A stretch of DNA of 64,000 bases, from the NCBI GenBank assembly GCA_039586365.1, contig JBDHKN010000008.1, forward strand, positions 26,721 to 90,720. The letters are read 5' to 3'. This document shows positions 59,663 through 64,000 of this stretch, one piece after another. The position numbers were made by a program, and so were the translations under genes. The stretch comes from Gemmatimonadota bacterium. Its GTDB lineage: Bacteria > Gemmatimonadota > Gemmatimonadetes > Gemmatimonadales > GWC2-71-9. The notes beneath the pieces were generated by a model. The model was given only the letters and a program-made list of their open reading frames with translations, ran no database searches and was not told the origin of the DNA. Each line of letters opens with the position of its first letter. Position 1 is the first letter of the stretch.

Positions 59663-62470
59663 TCACTCAACCGTACGCAGAACTTCCACGGGGTCCACTC
59701 GTGTAGCTCGTCTGGCCGGCAAGTAGCTGGCGAGCAGTACCACCGCGAGTAGGAGCACCCCCCCACCCAGGAAGATCCTGGGGTCGCGCGCGCTCGTTTC
59801 CCAGAGAAACGCCTCGAGAATGCGGCTGCCTGCCCACGCGCCGGAAAGTCCAATCACTACCCCGACTAGCGCAGTCAAGGTGCTCCTCTTGATGACTAGC
59901 CGCAGCACACGTTGCCCTCCGGCACCGAGAGCTATGCGGAGACCCAGCTCGCGCTGTCGCTGCGCTACCGAGTAGGCAACCACACCCCACGTACCCACGG
60001 CAGCCAGAAGCACCGTGATGGTCGCAAAAATCAAGAGCAGCCAGAAGATCAAGCCTCTATCCCCGACCGACTGCGTTATGAGTTGGTCCAACGTGGTCAC
60101 GTTGCTCATTGCCACGGTGGGATCCATCGCACTCAGCTCCTGCTGGATCGATCGGACAACGTCTGTCGGATTGTCCGCCGTCCGCACCAACGCGGTGCTG
60201 CCGAAGCGGCGCTCCCGTAACGAGTAGTACGCGACGGGAAACCTCTCCTGGTCGGGACCCGTGTACATGACGTCACCCACAACGCCGACGACCTCGGCCG
60301 ACTGTCTCCCGGGAAGGGAGAAGAACGTGTCGATCCTCTTGCCGATTGGGTCCTCATCCGGGAAGAACATTGACACAGCCGATTGGCTGAGCACCGCCAC
60401 CGGCGTGCCTGGGAGCCCATCTGACTGGTCGAATCCTCGACCACGCACAACCGGAATTCCGAGCATTTCGAAGTAGTTGTCCGCCACCGGGACCACGCCG
60501 ATGCTCGTCGCATCGCGAGACCTGGTGGCGTCCTCTACTCGTATCCCGAGAACGGCCTGAAAACCACTGAGCACTCCCCCGGACGACATGGTCACGGATT
60601 CGACCCCCGGCAGCGCCGTCAGGCGTTGCTGCACTCGCTCGTCGAACTGGGCCGACAGCGTGATGTGGGCCCGCCAGACATCGGGATCGCGTGGGTCCAT
60701 CCGCGGCACCGTCTGAGGGCTGGAGAAATCGAACGAGAGCAACTGCTCCGTGCGGAAACCCTCGGACACGCCAAGCAACCGACCCACTGTGGCGCCCATG
60801 AGGCCGACGCCGACCAGCAGTATCAGTGCCAGAGCAACTTGTGCACCCACCAGCAATCCTTGCGGATCGATGCCCGCCTTGCCGCCGCGACGTCTTGTGG
60901 CGCCTGCGCCGTCTTTCAAGTGGTCGGTGATGTTGAATGAAGAGAGCCGCAGGGCCGGCACGATGCCGATCAGCAACGCGACGCCGAGCGACAGTAAGAC
61001 GGCGAACGCGATCACACCCGCATCGAGCCCGAGGCCGCTCGGATTGATGACCTGCATGCCGGTCCCGCTACCCTCCAGAAACTGGGTCGGCCACGCACGG
61101 GCGATCATTTGCATCCCCCAGAGTGACAAAACAACCCCAGCAATTCCACCGACCGCCGCAACCGTAAAGCTCTCGAGCAAGAGCCCTCGAACGATGCGCC
61201 AGCGTGATGCACCCAGTGCGCGCCTCACGGCTCCTTCCCGAACCCGTCTGCGAGCACGCGTGAACAGGAGGCTAGCTAGATTGGCGCAGGCCACGAGGAG
61301 TACCAGGCCGGCCGCCATGGCCAATAGGACCGACGCCGTCTCTGCACCCGAATTGGTCCACACTTCCGAGAACGACCGCAAGCCTGCTCCGTAACTGTCC
61401 TGTCTCGGCCATTCTTCTGCAATCGCCTGTCCAACGACCTCTATCTGGCCACCGGCAGCGCCAAGCGTGACTCCGGGACGAAGTCGGCCAACCACCCAGG
61501 CCACATGGTTGCCGGCCTGTTCGAGGACGCCCGGCTGTACCACGGCGTAAGCCCCGTGCGGCAGCCAGAGGTCGGCGCCTCCCGCAAAGCCGGAGAACCC
61601 AGTTGGCGCAATCCCGACCACCTGGAACGCCTGCCCGTTCAGACGGATCTCACGTCCCACCGCGTCAAATTCGCCACCTAGCCGCAGTTGCCAGAATGCA
61701 TGCGATACGACCGCGACTCGGTACGGTCCAGTAGGATCTCCTTCTTCTTGCACGAACCCTCTGCCCAAAGCCAGCGGCAGGCCGACTACTCTGAAGTAGT
61801 CCGGTGAGACGACCTCGATGTCCAGCTGGCTCGCCGGGCCGAGTCCAGTGAGAGTGACTACCTGCCGGCGGTAAGCGGCGACCGGATCGATCAAACGGTC
61901 CGGCCAGTCCACGAATCGCTGGAAATAGGGATAGGCCCAGCGCGAGATCCGTTCGCCGTCGTCACGCGACCTGGTCAGGTCGACGCTCACCAGACGGTCC
62001 GCCTCCGGGAAAGGAGGTGGCGTGAGGACGGCAACCTTGAATCCGGCGAACGCGGTGACGGTTGCTCCGATACCGAGCGCCAGAACGATCACGGCGGAAG
62101 CTGTGAACGCCGGTGCTTTGCGCAAGCCTCGCAGAGCGAACCGCAGGTCAGAAAGGACGCCGCTCAAGATCCCGTACCCGTCCAACACCGATGGGTCGTC
62201 GTTGCGCTGTCTGGGCGAGGAGCTGCGGCCGGTTAGTTCTTCCCACCTCGTCGACAGCCCCGACCGGATCAGACCTCTCATCTCGCGGACTTGAAAGGCG
62301 ATGAGTCCCCAACGCCTGAGCGTCTTACGGGCGTCGGTCACGCGAGCGCCGAACACCTTCTCTATCTCGGACCCATAATCGGCGCGATGCCTCGGCGGAT
62401 GGAATAGCAGGGCCGCGCGTAGAAGCGCGATCCAGAAACGAGAGGGGCCCGAGGAAGGATGCGTACTCAT
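59663..62470 (-). CDS. ADOP-type duplicated orphan ABC permease
   Basis: DLRFALRGLRKAPAF, LALGIGA, LLVACANLA, RELGLRIALGA, RRATRVDPV. Confidence 0.92.
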   Translation of the reverse strand: MSTHPSSGPSRFWIALLRAALLFHPPRHRADYGSEIEKVFGARVTDARKTLRRWGLIAFQVREMRGLIRSGLSTRWEELTGRSSSPRQRNDDPSVLDGYGILSGVLSDLRFALRGLRKAPAFTASAVIVLALGIGATVTAFAGFKVAVLTPPPFPEADRLVSVDLTRSRDDGERISRWAYPYFQRFVDWPDRLIDPVAAYRRQVVTLTGLGPASQLDIEVVSPDYFRVVGLPLALGRGFVQEEGDPTGPYRVAVVSHAFWQLRLGGEFDAVGREIRLNGQAFQVVGIAPTGFSGFAGGADLWLPHGAYAVVQPGVLEQAGNHVAWVVGRLRPGVTLGAAGGQIEVVGQAIAEEWPRQDSYGAGLRSFSEVWTNSGAETASVLLAMAAGLVLLVACANLASLLFTRARRRVREGAVRRALGASRWRIVRGLLLESFTVAAVGGIAGVVLSLWGMQMIARAWPTQFLEGSGTGMQVINPSGLGLDAGVIAFAVLLSLGVALLIGIVPALRLSSFNITDHLKDGAGATRRRGGKAGIDPQGLLVGAQVALALILLVGVGLMGATVGRLLGVSEGFRTEQLLSFDFSSPQTVPRMDPRDPDVWRAHITLSAQFDERVQQRLTALPGVESVTMSSGGVLSGFQAVLGIRVEDATRSRDATSIGVVPVADNYFEMLGIPVVRGRGFDQSDGLPGTPVAVLSQSAVSMFFPDEDPIGKRIDTFFSLPGRQSAEVVGVVGDVMYTGPDQERFPVAYYSLRERRFGSTALVRTADNPTDVVRSIQQELSAMDPTVAMSNVTTLDQLITQSVGDRGLIFWLLLIFATITVLLAAVGTWGVVAYSVAQRQRELGLRIALGAGGQRVLRLVIKRSTLTALVGVVIGLSGAWAGSRILEAFLWETSARDPRIFLGGGVLLLAVVLLASYLPARRATRVDPVEVLRTVE

Positions 62471-62820
62471 GATTCACGTGGCTGAAGCACCTGCTTGGCC
62501 TCAGCAATCTCCACTAGCTGCCGCAGTCGCGCCGACTCCGCTGCGAGTACATGCCGTCCCCACGAGGTAAGACGGTACGTGCGCCTCCTGCCGTCCTCGT
62601 CACTGGGTCGCTCATGCGCCGGCACGGGTTCGATCAGATCGTCGTCCCGCATTCGGCTGATCGCGTGGTATACGGCACCAGTTTCGATCCGCATGGACCG
62701 GTTGGTCCGTTCCTCGACGTCCTTGATGATGCCGTAGCCGTGCCGGTCGCTGTCCGCGAGCGCCAACAGGACGTGGTAGGTCAGTGTGGTGAGTGGCAGC
62801 AGCTCGCCTGGATCCCTCAT
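62467..62820 (-). CDS. PadR family transcriptional regulator
   Basis: YHVLLAL..RHGYGI, GAVY, RRRTYRLT..GR. Confidence 0.9.
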   Translation of the reverse strand: MRDPGELLPLTTLTYHVLLALADSDRHGYGIIKDVEERTNRSMRIETGAVYHAISRMRDDDLIEPVPAHERPSDEDGRRRTYRLTSWGRHVLAAESARLRQLVEIAEAKQVLQPRES

Positions 62821-62865
62821 GCCGTACCCGCTTGACCAGTGACTAGGTTGCCGATCTATGAACAC

Positions 62866-62894
62866 AAGCTATATGAATGGTTCATATAGTGCAA
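62866..62894 (-). promoter_or_regulatory. Promoter TTGCAC-N17-TAGCTT overlapped by the palindrome CTATATGAA-TGG-TTCATATAG
   Basis: Perfect 9-bp inverted repeat (62869-62889) upstream of padR. Confidence 0.7.
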
Positions 62895-63431
62895 GCATTG
62901 AGAGGCCTGAGCACCGGACGCAATGGCCCGTGGGCAGAGAGGACCCGGCCTACGCCTATGGGTGGCTGAGTGAGGTCGCATTCTTAAGTGTACGAAGCTG
63001 CGAGCCGATAATTGGTGGTGGCCAGCGTCGGGAGGGTCGCCTGAGCGGGTCTGCCGCCTCCCGAGTAGGCTCCCCTTGTCCCGGGCACTTCGGGGCGGGA
63101 CCTGCACCGTGACCCTCCCGCGTGGCCTGATCTGTTGTCGTACTTTGAGGCCTCACGTGCAAGGCTTTGCAGGACCTCACTGACGTCGAGACTGACACAC
63201 CGCCCAACCCAGGGAACGGAAACTCACGTCTCTGGAGCTGGGCTGCGTCCGCGATCGAGACTAACCGGCCGCGTGCTTGAACACCGCACCCGAGAAACAA
63301 ATACGCACACCCTTCCGTAAGATCACCGATTTCGGTACCTCCCCATTGGCCTTATCATGTCCGTGAAGCGCGGGGGGACCACAGCCTAGGTAGTAGAAGG
63401 TCAAGCGAACCGTCGAGCAGGAGAATGAAGC

Positions 63432-63806
63432 ATGGTGAAGACCTCTTTTGACCTGTCGGCTGGTCTTGTGACTCACATAGCGGAGGGGGAGTTGTCGCTA
63501 GAAGAGATCGAGAGCGAATTCGCGGCCACACTCCTAGACCCCGCCTTTCGGCCTGGCCTGGGAGTCCTTTGGGACTTGCGTGCCGCGAGCCTCGCCAGCC
63601 TTTCCACACGCGGAATAGAGACACTGGTGAAATTCAACTACGATCGGAAAGACGCCCGTGGTGGAGGTAGGGCGGCAATCGTGGTTTCGAAGGACCTCGA
63701 CTACGGCATCGCGCGGGTGTTCCAGGTCTACGGGGAGGACCTCCCATGGGAGACGATGGTGTTCCGGGATTTGGAGGAGGCCAACGCTTGGGTTAGAGGT
63801 TCGTAG
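63432..63806 (+). CDS. Hypothetical STAS/SpoIIAA-like protein
   Basis: VLWDLR, RAAIVV...YGIAR.F, VFRDLEEA.AW. Confidence 0.7.
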   Translation: MVKTSFDLSAGLVTHIAEGELSLEEIESEFAATLLDPAFRPGLGVLWDLRAASLASLSTRGIETLVKFNYDRKDARGGGRAAIVVSKDLDYGIARVFQVYGEDLPWETMVFRDLEEANAWVRGS

Positions 63807-64000
63807 CCAAAGATTCGCGCGGTGCGCTAGAGCACCGCACTTACACCGACGAATGTCCCAAAGCCGAACGACGTATTCCACTATTCCATAGAGAATCCTC
63901 AGGGCCACGTATCTGGGATGTCCCAACATGCCGCGATCGCCGTGCAGATGGGACAAGGCCCACTCCAGGGGCGGCGAATCTCTTTCCAACGAATGTCCCA

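Noticed and set aside
62895..63431. Gene or ncRNA in this gap
   Set aside because: Only short ORFs without motifs and no convincing nested structure

Overview
A GC-rich (roughly 60%) bacterial chromosomal segment. Gene content (ADOP-type orphan permeases with PadR regulators, many secreted S9/M16/M28/M23 peptidases, a TPR-tail remnant) suggests Gemmatimonadota or a related lineage; this is inference. Main contents: thymidine phosphorylase, an orphan GroES-like gene with arsC, the tesA/ybbAP module, eight peptidase genes, a Gld-like ABC operon, an ArsR-TolC-MFP-RND-PII-like-DUF2892 operon and recF-dciA-gyrB. The right end is a decaying accessory island with two PadR/ADOP pairs, an IS91-family fragment and an amber-interrupted DksA/TraR gene. 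The strongest leads are four: (1) a glycyl-radical hydroxyproline dehydratase (HypD) plus activating enzyme, directly upstream of a secreted DPP-IV-like peptidase; (2) an unannotated rod-shaped, 6S-like structured RNA candidate at about 11.65-11.81 kb, behind a histone-H1-like gene; (3) a ~880-aa pure coiled-coil protein split by a +1 frameshift; (4) hairpin-plus-tandem-repeat intergenic elements. No rRNA, tRNA or CRISPR array was recognised. All calls come from manual motif reading, with no database searches.
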